A DNA stretch of 64,000 nucleotides from Desulfotignum sp. Lineage in GTDB: Bacteria; Desulfobacterota; Desulfobacteria; Desulfobacterales; Desulfobacteraceae. A model generated the notes under the pieces. That model searched no databases, had not been told where the DNA came from, and saw only the letters and a program-made list of their open reading frames with translations. Below, piece by piece: positions 62,745 to 64,000 of the stretch. The first letter of the stretch is position 1, and every line of letters begins with the position of its first letter. Both the position numbers and the translations under genes were made by a program. The stretch spans positions 2,601 through 66,600 of the forward strand of contig JBFLKI010000154.1 in assembly GCA_040883135.1 (NCBI GenBank), written 5' to 3'.

Positions 62745-64000
62745 ATGTCTAAATTAATCGCATTTGCTGCCATTCAGGGTGGCTACAAAGTGGTTGCACA
62801 GGTGGAAGGTGAACTGGAAAAAGCCCTTCAGACCTATGATGCCAGCACCAAAATCGGATTTCCCAACACCGCGTATTTTCTGCCGGTCATCTATTCTCTG
62901 ACCGGGTTGAAATGTGAAACCGTAGAAGATCTGAAAAAACCCATGGAATTTGCCAGAAAACTGCTGCCGCCCCATATCAAGCTGAAAAACTGGCTTCCGT
63001 ATCTGGGCCCCCTCCTGGATGCCGGTATGGCCGGTATCATCTCTTATGAAGTGAAAGAGGCCCTGCGGTATCTCAATGATCCGGATTTCTACATTGCCCA
63101 GGAAGACCCGGATGTGGAAAACGGCAAAATATGGGTGGGTGCGGCGGATGACACCATTCTGCGGAAACGCGGGGTGGAATTTGTGGACGGCTCCGCCCCC
63201 GGTTTTGCCGCCATGGTGGGCGCGGCCCCCAACAAAGAGATCGCCAAGATGATCGTGGAAGACTATCAAAAACGGTCTCTGTATATCTTCTGTGCCGCCA
63301 ACCACAACGGCAAAACCCTGATCCAGCAGTGCCTGGATGCGGGTATGCAGATCGGGTGGAACACCCGTATCGTGCCGTTCGGTCCGGATATCTCCTCGGC
63401 CGTGTTTGCGTTAGGGTTCGCCAACAGAGCGGCCATGGCATTCGGCGGGGTTCAGCCCGGTGACTACAAAAAGATCCTGAAATACAACAAAGACCGTGTT
63501 TTCGCCTTTGTCAACGCCCTGGGGGATGTGGGAACCGAATGGGGTGTGGCCGCAGCCGGCTGTGTCAACTGGGGATTCCCCACCATTGCAGACACGGAAA
63601 TCCCGGAAATTCTGCCCACCGGTATCTGTACCTATGAGCATGTGGTGGCCCCGGTGGCCCATGAAGACATGGTCCAGAAATCCGTGGAAGTCAGAGGGCT
63701 CAAGGTCCAGGTGTCTGAAATCGATATTCCCTGCGCATTCGGTCCGGCCTACGAAGGAGAGCGGGTTCGCGGCGCTGATCTCTACGCCCAGTGCGGCGGC
63801 GGCAAGACCCAATGCACCGAGCTGGTGAAAATGGCGGACATGAACAAGATCGAAGACGGCAAGGTCGAAATCGTCGGACCGGATATCGACGGTATCAAAG
63901 AAGGCGAGACCTTCCACCTGGGAATTTTCGTCCAGATTGCGGGCCGGGAATTCCAGGAGGATTTCGAGCCCATCATGGAACGTCAGATCCATCATCTGAT
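62745..64000 (+). CDS. acsB: CO-methylating acetyl-CoA synthase (AcsB), N-terminal ~418 aa; continues beyond the window
   Basis: ATG 62745 after GAAGGAGGAAG. MSKLIAFAAIQGG...GFPNTAYFLPVIYSLTG...FGPAYEGERVRGADLY...GKVEIVGPDIDGIKEG...FEPIMERQIHH aligns with my memory of Moorella AcsB (GYPDTAYYLPVI..., FGPAFEGESIRKGDMY..., GKIEVIGPDID..., LERRIHD). It is absent from the ORF track because no stop falls inside the window. Confidence 0.9.
   Translation, partial: MSKLIAFAAIQGGYKVVAQVEGELEKALQTYDASTKIGFPNTAYFLPVIYSLTGLKCETVEDLKKPMEFARKLLPPHIKLKNWLPYLGPLLDAGMAGIISYEVKEALRYLNDPDFYIAQEDPDVENGKIWVGAADDTILRKRGVEFVDGSAPGFAAMVGAAPNKEIAKMIVEDYQKRSLYIFCAANHNGKTLIQQCLDAGMQIGWNTRIVPFGPDISSAVFALGFANRAAMAFGGVQPGDYKKILKYNKDRVFAFVNALGDVGTEWGVAAAGCVNWGFPTIADTEIPEILPTGICTYEHVVAPVAHEDMVQKSVEVRGLKVQVSEIDIPCAFGPAYEGERVRGADLYAQCGGGKTQCTELVKMADMNKIEDGKVEIVGPDIDGIKEGETFHLGIFVQIAGREFQEDFEPIMERQIHHL

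Noticed and set aside
62754-63995. Two minus-strand ORFs (62754-63305 and 63411-63995) are the only track entries covering the last 1.3 kb.
   Set aside because: The plus strand from ATG 62745 encodes an unmistakable AcsB N-terminal half. It is missing from the track only because it has no stop inside the window. The minus ORFs are antisense artefacts.
1-64000. A search for mobile elements, CRISPR arrays, toxin-antitoxin or defence islands, prophage remnants and compositional islands.
   Set aside because: I saw no repeat-spacer periodicity, transposase, integrase or recombinase motifs, or terminal inverted repeats. The only compositional outlier is the 668-bp regulatory spacer. tRNA-Gln has no adjacent integrase or direct repeat. 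The window reads as conserved core genome.

Overview
This 64-kb window is densely packed core chromosome. I saw no IS elements, integrases, phage genes, CRISPR arrays or rRNA. Gene content suggests a Desulfobacterota / deltaproteobacterial anaerobe that uses the Wood-Ljungdahl pathway: a bacterial acsD-CODH-acsB cluster, fhs and folD, and a HesB-like selenoprotein. That taxonomic call is inference only.

Gene order:
1. kdsB 3' end and a GT4 glycosyltransferase on the plus strand.
2. A long, tightly overlapping minus-strand envelope operon: lptF-lptG-waaA-lpxK-lpxL-like, two GT9 heptosyltransferases and two GT2 genes.
3. thiN, a UGA-containing HesB-like selenoprotein gene that the ORF track truncates, galE and an ATP-grasp gene.
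4. birA-bioY-ecfA-ecfT, with a BirA operator-like palindrome over the birA start.
5. A tandem ribbon-helix-helix-like ORF followed by GldA/GldF/GldG-like ABC genes, DUF4340 and plsC.
6. A complete dcw cluster from mraZ to ftsZ. It has a single 1009-aa MurE-MurF fusion ORF and no ddl, and is followed directly by a B12-domain radical SAM gene.
7. A class I DAHP synthase preceded by a 24-codon leader ORF with eight consecutive aromatic codons, plus terminator and antiterminator hairpins.
8. An MFS transporter, an SLC13 permease with four RCK_C repeats, rluD, carD, pth, ctc, prs, tRNA-Gln, ispE and DUF1844.
9. An ADP-forming acetyl-CoA synthetase with folD and fhs on the minus strand. A 668-bp AT-rich spacer separates these from the divergent acsD-CODH-acsB genes.

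The most interesting items:
- The aromatic leader-peptide attenuator.
- The missed selenoprotein.
- The roughly 180-aa Pro/Ala/Lys plus (AKAKAEAE)n tail on AcsD, encoded partly by a 24-bp tandem repeat.
- The MurE-MurF fusion.
- The RHH-like/ABC/GldG/DUF4340/PlsC module.

I did not find a clearly novel multi-gene system such as a defence island. Many long ORFs in the track are codon-aligned antisense artefacts and were rejected.
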